Below, piece after piece: positions 53,048 through 61,584 of a stretch of DNA of 64,000 nucleotides. Made by a program: the position numbers and the translations under genes. Numbering within the stretch: the first letter of the stretch is position 1; the number at the start of each line of letters is the position of its first letter. Source of the stretch: Candidatus Pacearchaeota archaeon (GTDB taxonomy: Archaea > Nanobdellota > Nanobdellia > Pacearchaeales > GW2011-AR1); NCBI GenBank assembly GCA_016866975.1, contig VGKP01000002.1:18866-82865 (forward strand). The letters are read 5' to 3'. The notes under the pieces were generated by a model. That model was not told where the DNA came from. It saw only the letters and a list, made by a program, of their open reading frames with translations, and did no database searches.

Positions 53048-54580
53048 ATGGAAAAGAAGCCTTCATCAGACTTGGAAAAGATTACAGATATGCTTTCTCC
53101 TATGGAAAGGAAGGTTGTACCTTATCTGAAATATTCAATTGAGGAGATAGAGAAAAAATCAGGGCTTGATAATGTTTCAGTGATGAGGGCCCTTAGGTTC
53201 ATGGAAAATAAGGGATTGGTCAAAATAAAGGCTACCGAGCAGGCAGTCATAGATTTAGGCACTAATGGGATATATTATAAAAAACATCATCTCCCGGAAA
53301 GGCAGCTTCTAACTTTGTTGGAGTCTCATGGAAACCTTAGTCTGGAAGAGACTAAGAAATTATCGAAACTTTCAGATAATGAGTTCAAAGTTGCCCTCGG
53401 AGTATTGAAGAACAAGGCTCTTCTATCCATATCAAATGGAAGACTTTTATTGAATGCTTCAAAAGAAGAGTTGATGAAAAAATCTCTAGAAGAACAGTTT
53501 ATTGAAATCTTGCCTATCGAGCAATCAAAGCTGTCTCCAGAATACTTACACGCTCTTGAACAATTGAAGAAGCGAAAGGACATTGTGCAGGTCAATGTAG
53601 TAAATTTAGTTTCGTTTTCTCTTACTTCTTTAGGCCATGAAATTGCAGGCAAAGATCTTGCATATGCATCTAATCTTATAGAAGAGGTTTCTCCAGAAGT
53701 AATCAGAGCTTGGTCAAAGGGAAAAAAGTTTAGGAAATATGACATCCAAGCTGCAGTCCCAAAGATTTCTGGTGGAAAGAGACATTTTGTCAACATCTCC
53801 ATAAATAGGGCTAAAAGGATATGGATGGATCTCGGTTTTCAGGAGATGCAGGGCCCTCTTGTAGATTCATCCTTTTGGGTATTTGACGCGTTGTTTACTC
53901 CGCAGGATCATCCTGCCAGAGAAATGCAGGATACTTTTTTCATCAAAGGTGAGAAAGGAAAACTGCCCAGCAGCGATGTGGTAAAGGATGTCAAAAAGGC
54001 CCACGAGTCAGGAGTCTCAGGAAGCAAAGGTTGGAGATATTCATGGAAGGAAGAAGAAGCCAGGAAAGTCCTTTTAAGGACACATACTACTTGCTTATCT
54101 GCCAGGACACTAGCATCATTGAGAGGAATAAAAAATAAGACTGGAAAATATTTCTCAGTAGGAAAATGTTTTAGGAATGAGACTCTTGATTGGTCACACG
54201 GTTTTGAATTTAATCAGACAGATGGCATAGTAGTTTCAAAAGATACTAACTTTAGGAATCTCCTGGGATATTTAAAGGAATTTTTCACAAAGATGGGATT
54301 TGCAGAAATAAAGTTCATTCCATCTTTTTTTGCATATACTGAGCCAAGTGTAGAGATATACGGTTTTCACAAAGGCAATAAGAAGTGGATAGAGATTGGA
54401 GGAGCAGGCATATTTAGGCCAGAGGTTGTAGTCCCGTTGCTTGGAGAATATGTGCCTGTCCTTGCATGGGGACCAGGATTTGATAGAGTGATAATGGATA
54501 GATATGGTATCACTGACCTCCGAGAGATGTATGAGAACGATATTCAGAGATTAAGAGAAAAGAAGGAGGCCTTAGACTGA
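53048..54580 (+). CDS. pheS: Phenylalanyl-tRNA synthetase alpha subunit (archaeal/eukaryotic type)
   Basis: N-terminal winged-helix repeats. Class II core FDALFTPQDHPAREMQDTFF, LLRTHTT, FSVGKCFRNE, GAGIFRPEV. CTTTATAAT box about 25 nt upstream. Confidence 0.92.
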   Translation: MEKKPSSDLEKITDMLSPMERKVVPYLKYSIEEIEKKSGLDNVSVMRALRFMENKGLVKIKATEQAVIDLGTNGIYYKKHHLPERQLLTLLESHGNLSLEETKKLSKLSDNEFKVALGVLKNKALLSISNGRLLLNASKEELMKKSLEEQFIEILPIEQSKLSPEYLHALEQLKKRKDIVQVNVVNLVSFSLTSLGHEIAGKDLAYASNLIEEVSPEVIRAWSKGKKFRKYDIQAAVPKISGGKRHFVNISINRAKRIWMDLGFQEMQGPLVDSSFWVFDALFTPQDHPAREMQDTFFIKGEKGKLPSSDVVKDVKKAHESGVSGSKGWRYSWKEEEARKVLLRTHTTCLSARTLASLRGIKNKTGKYFSVGKCFRNETLDWSHGFEFNQTDGIVVSKDTNFRNLLGYLKEFFTKMGFAEIKFIPSFFAYTEPSVEIYGFHKGNKKWIEIGGAGIFRPEVVVPLLGEYVPVLAWGPGFDRVIMDRYGITDLREMYENDIQRLREKKEALD

Positions 54581-56199
54581 TGGCTTCAGTAAAATTTCCG
54601 AGGAAAGAGTTTGAGAAAAATATCAAGCTGACCAAAGAGATAGAAGACAAGATTAATCTTTTTGGTACTCATGTTGAGTCATTGACCGACTCAGAGATAG
54701 AGATAGAAGTCTTGCCTAACCGTCCGGATCTTTTTTCTATGCAGGGTTACGTAAGGGCAATTTCTGCATTTATTGGTAAGAGTCCTGGCCTGAAAAAATA
54801 CACTGTCTCATCTTCAGGAGAAAAATTGATTGTCAAAAAACCCCTTCCAAAGAATTGGGTATATGCATATGCTTGTATAGTTAAAGGTGTCAAGTTTGAT
54901 AATGAGAGGATAAAAGAAGTCATCCAAATCCAGGAGAAGTTAGGAGCAACTCTTCTGAGGAATAGAAAAAAAGGAGGTATTGGATTATATCCTCTTGACA
55001 AAATAAGTTTCCCAATAACTTTCAAGGGAATGAACCCAGATGAGATTATGTTTAGGCCACTCGAATATCCAGAGATTATCACTGGAAGACAAGTGCTGGC
55101 CAGGCATCCAACTGGAAGAGAGTATGCGCATCTGGTATCAGACTGGGATGTTTTTCCAGTATTTGTTGATTCTAAAGGAGTGATTATGTCAATGCCTCCT
55201 ATAATAAACGCACATGAAGTAGGCAAGATTGATGAGAATACCAAAAATGTATTTGTAGAATGTACAGGAACAGATCCTAATGTCATAAAAAAGGCCCTGA
55301 TTATTCTATTGACAGCATTAGCAGAGATGGGGGGCAAAATACATTCGATAGAATGCACTCAACAGGACGGTGAGAAAGAATCATTTCCAGACTTGAGCCC
55401 TGAAAAGATGAAATTATCTCTAGATAATGCAAATAAACTTATAGGGTTGGATTTGAAAGAGAATGAGGTTGAGAGATTTCTTGCTAAGATGGGTCATGAT
55501 TATAAGAAAGGTACTGTCTCAGTAGCTCCATGGAGGACAGATGTATTACACGAGGTTGACCTCATTGAAGATATTGCAATTGCTTATGGTTATGATAAGA
55601 TACAGCCTGAAATACCTAAAGTCTCTACGATAGGAGGAGAATCGAGAGCTAGTCAAATAAAATCAAAGATAGCAGAAGCCCTGATAGGGCTAGGATTTTT
55701 GGAGATTTCTTCTTATCATCTGGTTAAAGAAGACGAGATCAAAAGAAATAAAGGCTTGGAGAAGATAGAAGTTGAAGATTCAAAGACTGAATATAAGTAC
55801 CTTCGCCCATCACTTCTTGTCCCTGCGCTGAGGATATTTTCAGAGAATAAGGACAATGAATACCCTCAGAAGATCTTCGAGATTGGTACTGTTTTTCTGA
55901 AGGACAACAAGATAGAGACAGGTATCGGAGAATCGAGTCATCTTATAGTTGCGTCTTCCCCTGCCAATTTTACTGAGTTGAAGCAAGTTCTGGAGTACTT
56001 ATTCAGATCTTTCGGTATCAAGTGCAGTCTTAAGGAGTCAGTCAAAGACGGATTTATAGAAGGCAGAGTAGGAGAAGTCATATCAAATGGCAAGTCCATC
56101 GGAGTCATAGGGGAAATGCACCCAGAGACCTTAAGGGAATGGGGGATAAAGATGCCAATAGCATTTCTTGAGATAAATCTAGATCCATTTCTCGCATAA
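54580..56199 (+). CDS. pheT: Phenylalanyl-tRNA synthetase beta subunit (archaeal type)
   Basis: B3/4 and B5 domain patterns (EIEVLPNRPDLFSMQGYVRA, PWRTDVLHEVDLIEDIAIAYGYD). ATG overlaps the pheS stop. Confidence 0.9.
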   Translation: MASVKFPRKEFEKNIKLTKEIEDKINLFGTHVESLTDSEIEIEVLPNRPDLFSMQGYVRAISAFIGKSPGLKKYTVSSSGEKLIVKKPLPKNWVYAYACIVKGVKFDNERIKEVIQIQEKLGATLLRNRKKGGIGLYPLDKISFPITFKGMNPDEIMFRPLEYPEIITGRQVLARHPTGREYAHLVSDWDVFPVFVDSKGVIMSMPPIINAHEVGKIDENTKNVFVECTGTDPNVIKKALIILLTALAEMGGKIHSIECTQQDGEKESFPDLSPEKMKLSLDNANKLIGLDLKENEVERFLAKMGHDYKKGTVSVAPWRTDVLHEVDLIEDIAIAYGYDKIQPEIPKVSTIGGESRASQIKSKIAEALIGLGFLEISSYHLVKEDEIKRNKGLEKIEVEDSKTEYKYLRPSLLVPALRIFSENKDNEYPQKIFEIGTVFLKDNKIETGIGESSHLIVASSPANFTELKQVLEYLFRSFGIKCSLKESVKDGFIEGRVGEVISNGKSIGVIGEMHPETLREWGIKMPIAFLEINLDPFLA

Positions 56200-56200
56200 G

Positions 56201-56497
56201 ATGTCCAAAGATATCACTTCTCACTATTATGAAAAGCTCTGTAAGACATTTGATAAATGGAGGTTAGGTGGAGAACAGACACATATTATTTGCTTTCATT
56301 TAAGTGAACTTGCCGAATTCTCTTCAAAGTATAAGAGGATTATTGATGATATCATCAAGCAACCAACTAAAAAGATGTTTCTTAAAAAATTGGAGTATTT
56401 TCACGGAGTATTAATGGAGAGACATGAAGTGAATTATCACCTTATTCCCGCAGATAATTTTTTAAGCGCTTGGTTCAAGAAGCTCGAAGATCTTTAA
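56201..56497 (+). CDS. Hypothetical protein (98 aa)
   Basis: Starts 2 nt after the pheT stop. No motif. Confidence 0.45.
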   Translation: MSKDITSHYYEKLCKTFDKWRLGGEQTHIICFHLSELAEFSSKYKRIIDDIIKQPTKKMFLKKLEYFHGVLMERHEVNYHLIPADNFLSAWFKKLEDL

Positions 56498-56538
56498 TTC
56501 TATTCCAAAACCCTCCTATTTAAATAAAGGTTATTAAA

Positions 56539-57006
56539 TCAACCGAAGTAATTTCTCTCTTTTTTTGTCGATGTGGAAGGTGGTATTCTTATTGTATCTA
56601 TGACTTGTATTAATGAGGGTTTCACGCTTTTCCATACAGAATAGATTTCTTTTATCGCATCGCATTCTTTCTTCTCGTTTGAGTCTATCTCGAGACTTAG
56701 TGATGTGAGGCTTAATGCACCAAGCTGGTCGTAAATCTTGATAAGGTTCTCCTTGTCTTTCATACTCATTGTCCTGAAATAGGGCTGGTATATTCTGGGC
56801 GCGTTCATCTGGTTGATAAGCATATCTAGCCAGGAAACGGAATTAAGGATTTTATCCATCATGATTTTTCGGATATTCTTTGCAAGAAGTTCAGTGTCAT
56901 CGTCTATCTTCTCTATGTCAAATGAAGAATTTAGTTCTGAGAATGTAGACAACTTGTATTTCTTTTCCAGTACAGCATATTCATTTTTCAATTTTTCAAT
57001 GTCCAT
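56539..57006 (-). CDS. Hypothetical protein (155 aa)
   Basis: Clean ORF. The antisense ORF 56813-57010 looks spurious. Confidence 0.5.
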   Translation of the reverse strand: MDIEKLKNEYAVLEKKYKLSTFSELNSSFDIEKIDDDTELLAKNIRKIMMDKILNSVSWLDMLINQMNAPRIYQPYFRTMSMKDKENLIKIYDQLGALSLTSLSLEIDSNEKKECDAIKEIYSVWKSVKPSLIQVIDTIRIPPSTSTKKERNYFG

Positions 57007-57119
57007 CTAATCTTAAGAAATTTTGGGTTTTTATATATGGTGGTGGACTGAAGTATTTTACCGCCACCATATTCGCGGGATATAAGTGGATAACTAAAAA
57101 TTTACGTCCCGCGCTATAT

Positions 57120-57440
57120 TCACTTGGGAGTACCTGTACCTCTTAGGCTGCTTAGAGATATCGTTGGAAAATTTAATCTTCTCCCGCTAGATTCAGCTTG
57201 ATTATAATCTCCCCTAATCATCTGAGGCGCTTTGTAACCTCTGGCTCCAGCAATTGCAGCAATGTAGCTCTGTGCATCCATTCCTCCCGCTCTTAGGCCT
57301 CCAGAATAATTTGATCTTGATGAGAATACAGGCACTCGAGGAAGGACATAAGTGTCTTCAGGCAATGGCCTCTCATAACTCCCTGTTCTGGGAGCCTCAT
57401 TGAAATCATGCAATCTTTGATTTGAAGGGATGTAATTCAT
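57120..57440 (-). CDS. Hypothetical Gly/Ser/Arg-rich protein (106 aa)
   Basis: Low-complexity but uninterrupted ORF. Uncertain. Confidence 0.4.
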   Translation of the reverse strand: MNYIPSNQRLHDFNEAPRTGSYERPLPEDTYVLPRVPVFSSRSNYSGGLRAGGMDAQSYIAAIAGARGYKAPQMIRGDYNQAESSGRRLNFPTISLSSLRGTGTPK

Positions 57441-57572
57441 ATAAAATCAACTTATGCTGGATTTTTAAATTTTTCTAAATGCGATCGACTCCTATCTAAT
57501 CTATCGATAGACAGTTCGGTTATGTCGCGAATTAGGTTGAAAACTACATTCTTTAGGGCGCAGATGAATTCG

Positions 57573-57649
57573 CGAGCATGTCTAAAAACGAGCGCTGCAA
57601 CAAACAATACCCTTTAAGGTATGGTGCGCATTGTTTTTATGATCTTCAA
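57573..57649 (+). repeat. Nested-hairpin repeat, copy F (solo second-hairpin unit, variant stems)
   Basis: CGAGCATgtctAAAAACGAGCGC-tgcaacaaaca-ATACC-ctttaa-GGTAT-g-GTGCGC-attgTTTTTATGATCTTC. Overlaps the 3' end of the cdd pseudogene. Confidence 0.7.
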
Positions 57650-58029
57650 AAAGCTTCTTTCCAAGGGAAAGGAAAAAGTTCTTTAAGTTTTACTTTCTGC
57701 TTCTTTGATACAATTACTCAAGTATTTTCTAGATTTTTCTCGCTCATATCATACATAATTTCTCTGCAAATCCCGCACGGAGGGATAACTTTATCTTTGT
57801 AAACTGCCACAATAGTTTTTATCTCTCTTTCATCAGGCATCATTTTAAAAAAGGCAGTTCTTTCTGCACAAATTCCAGTTTGGATATCTTCCATACTCAT
57901 TCCCTAGAAAATATTTCCTTTACTTGTTAATACAATAGCAGATACAGAATGTTTTTTTGAAACATATTTATTCTTTCCAAGATTTTCTGCTTTTTGAATT
58001 AATTCTTTATCCTCTTTTGTTAATTTCAT
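57646..58029 (-). pseudogene. cdd: Cytidine deaminase with two in-frame stop codons (TAG at 57904-57906, TGA at 57718-57720)
   Basis: One frame reads MKLTKEDKELIQKAENL..SAIVLTSKGNIF-TAG-GMSMEDIQTGICAERTAFFKM..PPCGICREIMYDMSEKNLENT-TGA-VIVSKKQKVKLKELFPFPWKEAF-stop. CAE and PCxxC zinc motifs and the LLPxxF-like tail are all present. Confidence 0.75.
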
Positions 58030-58351
58030 CTTTCAATAAAGAATTAATGATTTATAATTTTATCTTTCAACAATTACACTACTAAATCAACTGAGCCAAA
58101 GGTGAAGACTATCTCTTTTCTCTCAGAAAGAACCGTACGTGCCTCCCAGTTTTAACTCAAAGTACCTAAGAAAAGACAATAAACTACTCCTATTTTTTTC
58201 ACAGAAAAGGCTTTTAAAGGGCGGAGAATAGAAATATGTATGGAATTAAAGTGCCAACCTACAGGAAGGAATTCAATCACCTTTAGTTGGTACTTCCATA
58301 TGGCATAAGAGAGTATCTCTATACCAAATTAAACTTTTCTGATACCCTCTT

Positions 58352-58672
58352 ATGAAATCAACTTCTAAATTTAGTTCTGCATCTGAATGCTCTTCGGTGA
58401 CATCGTGTTTTTTGGCTATTGCCAGCCGAAAGTTAAACCGTAGAGAAAAATTAGTCTTAGGTCTAATTGCTTCTTCTGAGGAGAAGAGGACAGCAACCAA
58501 GACGGCTCAATCTCTAGCTGAGCAGCTGCAATGCGCAGAGTCTACTATCTGGGCGACTCTCAGGTCTTTGCGTTCCCTAGGCCTTGTAGTCTGCGAGCAG
58601 GAACAAGAAGCACTTACTCTCTCAAGGACAGCCAAGATTTTCATAAAGAGTAATGGGGTGCAACATGCTTGA
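58352..58672 (+). CDS. Small HTH protein (LuxR/sigma-70 region-4-like or MarR-like)
   Basis: LNRREKLVLGLIASSEEKRTATKTAQSLAEQLQCAESTIWATLRSLRSLGLV. By eye more GC-rich than its surroundings. Start uncertain. Confidence 0.45.
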   Translation: MKSTSKFSSASECSSVTSCFLAIASRKLNRREKLVLGLIASSEEKRTATKTAQSLAEQLQCAESTIWATLRSLRSLGLVVCEQEQEALTLSRTAKIFIKSNGVQHA

Positions 58673-58855
58673 CCTCAATCTAGTTGAAAGAGTAGCAGGG
58701 CTTATCTCAAGAAATGCCCTAAAAATGGGGATTTCAAAAATCCTCTACTGAGACGACAACGGAAAATGGTGGTGAGCGGCGAAAACACTTAAATTTGTTA
58801 CTTAATAAAGGCAACATATGGAAAGATTTAAATAACAAATAAAAAACGATAAAGT

Positions 58856-59494
58856 ATGAATGATGTAGTTTACCACGCATCACCAAAGCAAGGACTTGGT
58901 GTAATCAATCCTCTTTCAGACAATAAGAATGGTAGAAAAGTAGTATGTGCTTCAAAGGACGAAGTTATTGCATCATTATTTCTTGGAAGAACTGGTGGAG
59001 ATTATACTTGCTGTTTAGGAAGAGAAATAATTTTTAATATTCCTTATTTAGTTGAAAGATTCCCTGGGGCTTTCAGATTGAAATATAATATTCCAGCATC
59101 ATTGTATGAACTTCCATCATCAACTTTTTTTAATGATGGCTCAACTTGGGATGATGAAGTTATTTCACATGAGCCAGTAAAACCTGTCAGAGAAAATAAA
59201 ATTGTTAATGCTGGAGAACATCTATTGCATCTAGAAACACAAGGCAAGTTACATATTTACCTATATCTCCATAGAATAGCAGCAATTCCGGATGATGATT
59301 CAGATTTAGTTGAAAAATCTTTAATGTGGGCAAAATCTAAAGGGTTAGATGAAGTGTTAAAACAAGTAAGAAGATTTCATCCAGGGCTTGTTGATAGAAT
59401 TAAACAAGAATGGATTGCATTAAAAAAAATTAAACTATTCTCTTTAAAACCAGGTTTCTTACACAAAAATAAAAAAGCCTCCGCCGAGAATTGA
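58856..59494 (+). CDS. Hypothetical protein (212 aa)
   Basis: Clean ORF with a GATTTAAATAA box upstream. The last 19 nt overlap tRNA-Thr on the opposite strand. Confidence 0.5.
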   Translation: MNDVVYHASPKQGLGVINPLSDNKNGRKVVCASKDEVIASLFLGRTGGDYTCCLGREIIFNIPYLVERFPGAFRLKYNIPASLYELPSSTFFNDGSTWDDEVISHEPVKPVRENKIVNAGEHLLHLETQGKLHIYLYLHRIAAIPDDDSDLVEKSLMWAKSKGLDEVLKQVRRFHPGLVDRIKQEWIALKKIKLFSLKPGFLHKNKKASAEN

Positions 59495-59548
59495 ACTCGG
59501 GACCCCCACCTTACCAAGGTGGTACTCTACCGGCTGAGCTACGGAGGC
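59476..59548 (-). tRNA. tRNA-Thr (anticodon GGU)
   Basis: Reverse complement: GCCTCCG-TA-GCTC-AGCCGGTA-GAGT-A-CCACC-TTGGTAA-GGTGG-GGGTC-CCGAG-TTCAATT-CTCGG-CGGAGGC-T. Confidence 0.9.
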
Positions 59549-59587
59549 ATATGGACAATGTAAAAATCAAGATATAAAAAGTCTCTG

Positions 59588-59785
59588 TTAAGGCAGCCAA
59601 TCAAGCTTTAGCGCATTTCCTGTAATTGTGGCTGCCTGTGAGACAAGCTTAATGATCCAAAGACTATATTTCTCTATGAAGACATTTCTTTCATCTGTTT
59701 TTTGCACATGTAATCCTTCATTACTTATTATAAAGAAACCTCCCAGGAGAAGAAATGTTATCAGTAGAAGCGAGACTAATCTCAT
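59588..59785 (-). CDS. Hypothetical small membrane protein (65 aa)
   Basis: N-terminal TM helix. The start overlaps the stop of the upstream gene by 4 nt. Confidence 0.4.
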   Translation of the reverse strand: MRLVSLLLITFLLLGGFFIISNEGLHVQKTDERNVFIEKYSLWIIKLVSQAATITGNALKLDWLP

Positions 59786-60111
59786 GATTCTATCACTGTC
59801 TCATTGCTTTGATCCCGAGGTATTGCTTGCCAGTCTTGCTGTACGGCATAAGAAGACACTTTACCAAGATTTGAGAATATTGTGCCGATCCATTTGAAAT
59901 AAAGTTGACCTGCCTCTGCAATCCCATCAAAAGAAGTCAAGTCAACATCATTGTTAAAATAAACTACTACTGCCGAACCCACAAGAAGAAGCAGAAATAT
60001 CGCTATAATCATATGGGTGGCTCTATGTCTTACTTCTCTGAATCTTAAGAAGACAAATACTATGAGTGCCGCAACAATTATCAATGTCCAGTTCATTTTC
60101 ACCTCATTCAA
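59782..60111 (-). CDS. Hypothetical membrane protein (109 aa, two TM helices)
   Basis: Hydrophobic N-terminal half. Coupled to the downstream small ORF. Confidence 0.5.
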   Translation of the reverse strand: MNEVKMNWTLIIVAALIVFVFLRFREVRHRATHMIIAIFLLLLVGSAVVVYFNNDVDLTSFDGIAEAGQLYFKWIGTIFSNLGKVSSYAVQQDWQAIPRDQSNETVIES

Positions 60112-60180
60112 TTAAGGAGTGACTAATTATATAAAAATCTTTCTTTACCTGTAAATTATTCACATAAATGCTTTTAAGTC

Positions 60181-60432
60181 ATGGTTTCCTTAAAAGTATG
60201 GATGGGAGTCACAGGAAATCCGCTAAATTTGGGAGTTCTAGAGAAAAGAGTCAAAGACATGGTTGTTGGAGAGAAAGGATTTATCGAGTATAGGGCAATC
60301 TGTTTTATTGAAGGCCAGGTACATTGTCTGAATTTATGTGCAAATGTATATCCAAATTTTAGACAAAAGAAGGGCATGCCTATAGAAAGGATTGGAAAGA
60401 GAAAAATTGATTATGTCAAGGAACTTGACTAA
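60181..60432 (+). CDS. Hypothetical ORF whose last 7 codons lie in repeat D (possibly the 5' half of a gene split by the repeat)
   Basis: The ORF ends ..KIDYVKELD with the stop inside the repeat. See the finding on frame arithmetic. Confidence 0.35.
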   Translation: MVSLKVWMGVTGNPLNLGVLEKRVKDMVVGEKGFIEYRAICFIEGQVHCLNLCANVYPNFRQKKGMPIERIGKRKIDYVKELD

Positions 60433-60590
60433 AACTCCAGCTTTTAAGCTGGAGTTGTTCCTTGAGCATCCAAACCTCAAGAATATTCTATTCTTGATGG
60501 CATCCAAGAACAATGTTCTTGGTGAAACGAGCGCCTGCATCAAACTGCGGCTTTTAAGCCTCAGTGGCGCATCGTTTTTTTGATGATATT
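60411..60590 (+). repeat. Nested-hairpin repeat, copy D (long form with one double-hairpin module at 60475-60524)
   Basis: Same as A/B plus a 50-nt module CCTCAAGAATattctATTCTTGAtggcaTCCAAGAACaatGTTCTTGGTG. One mismatch in the inner stem of hairpin 2 (GCCTCAG). Confidence 0.85.
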
Positions 60591-60818
60591 GATCTCAGGC
60601 TCGCCAAGCATACATGGTCTATCTGTGAGTATCCTTTTGGAGACCATGACTGGGACATTAATCCTGATATTGTGCGTCTCAGATATAATGGTGAATGTAA
60701 GAAGAGAAAGCACAGGACATTGCAACAACAGCTCTCCAGTGCAGTCAGAAATGAAAACTACGAGAAGGCGGCTGTTATAAGGGACAGAATAAATGCAAGA
60801 TCTAAAAATAAGGATTAG
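60564..60818 (+). CDS. UVR-domain protein fragment (only start codon lies inside repeat D)
   Basis: C-terminal LQQQLSSAVRNENYEKAAVIRDRINA is a UvrB/UvrC-type UVR motif. No ATG outside the repeat. Confidence 0.4.
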   Translation: MAHRFFDDIDLRLAKHTWSICEYPFGDHDWDINPDIVRLRYNGECKKRKHRTLQQQLSSAVRNENYEKAAVIRDRINARSKNKD

Positions 60819-60833
60819 AAAGTTTTAAAACAC
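60819..60833 (+). promoter_or_regulatory. BRE/TATA-like box (AAAGTTTTAAAACAC) for tRNA-Gln
   Basis: About 30 nt upstream of the tRNA 5' end at 60855. Confidence 0.45.
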
Positions 60834-60854
60834 ATGTTCTCTTTCGAGGCTTAT

Positions 60855-60927
60855 AGCCCCGTCGTATAGCGGTCAAGTATCCGGGACTCTGGCTCCCGGG
60901 ACCCAGGTTCGAATCCTGGCGGGGCTA
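60855..60927 (+). tRNA. tRNA-Gln (anticodon CUG)
   Basis: AGCCCCG-TC-GTAT-AGCGGTCAA-GTAT-C-CGGGA-CTCTGGC-TCCCG-GGAC-CCAGG-TTCGAAT-CCTGG-CGGGGCT-A. The A1:U72-type archaeal Gln pattern. Confidence 0.88.
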
Positions 60928-60939
60928 TATTAAAAAAGC

Positions 60940-61500
60940 ATGGCAGGACTTTCAGATATTTTCAAGTTTAGGTATCCAAAGCTGACTCTATTGGCTTTTT
61001 CAGCACTGCTTGCTTATTACATCTTTACCTATGCAATTAATCAGGATTCTATCCAAGGCATTAATTCATTAGGCTATCTTGGAGCATTTGCGGCAGGAGT
61101 CCTATTCTCATTTGGATTTACCACTCCATTTGCCATAGGTATATTCATAACGATAGGCTATGACAATATTTTTCTCACTGCAATCGTAGGAGGAGCAGGG
61201 GCATTGCTGTCAGATTTGCTTATATTCAGGATTATAAAGGTGTCTTTTATGGATGAGTTTAAGCAACTAAGCAAATCACCTCCTTTTAAGGTCATTTCAA
61301 ACCTAATTGAAAAGGATCTTTCTAAAAAGATCAAAATCTATCTTCTTTATGCTATGGCAGGGATAATAATCGCATCGCCTCTTCCTGATGAGGTGGGAGT
61401 GAGCTTGCTTGCAGGATTAACAACAATAAGAATAGAGAAACTGGCAATCATAAGCTTCCTCATGAACACTTTAGGGATATTTATCCTCTTGATGATATAA
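60940..61500 (+). CDS. Hypothetical integral membrane protein (186 aa)
   Basis: Five hydrophobic helices. No family recognised. Confidence 0.6.
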   Translation: MAGLSDIFKFRYPKLTLLAFSALLAYYIFTYAINQDSIQGINSLGYLGAFAAGVLFSFGFTTPFAIGIFITIGYDNIFLTAIVGGAGALLSDLLIFRIIKVSFMDEFKQLSKSPPFKVISNLIEKDLSKKIKIYLLYAMAGIIIASPLPDEVGVSLLAGLTTIRIEKLAIISFLMNTLGIFILLMI

Positions 61501-61584
61501 AGAAGAAGGCAATATCATTGCTTGAATAAGCTGAAGAATACTAAAGAGTAACTCTTTTAAACCATCTTCTCTCTGTCCATATAT

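Noticed and set aside
51099-55358. Long antisense ORFs 51099-51653, 51774-52112, 53326-53802 and 54747-55358
   Set aside because: Each is antisense to a confidently assigned gene (pyrH, rnp3, pheS, pheT) and lacks any recognisable motif.
57646-58029. Genetic-code reassignment of TAG or TGA explaining the in-frame stops in cdd
   Set aside because: Both codons terminate well-defined genes at the expected positions elsewhere in the window. TAG ends ORF 685-1098. TGA ends pheS at 54578-54580 and the GNAT gene at 47592-47594. No other conserved gene here shows internal stops.
15748-60590. Could the recurring about 130-nt repeats be a CRISPR array or its remnants?
   Set aside because: Copies are 2-20 kb apart, not regularly spaced. 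They are far longer than CRISPR repeats, internally composed of two hairpin units, and have no short unique spacers or cas genes nearby.
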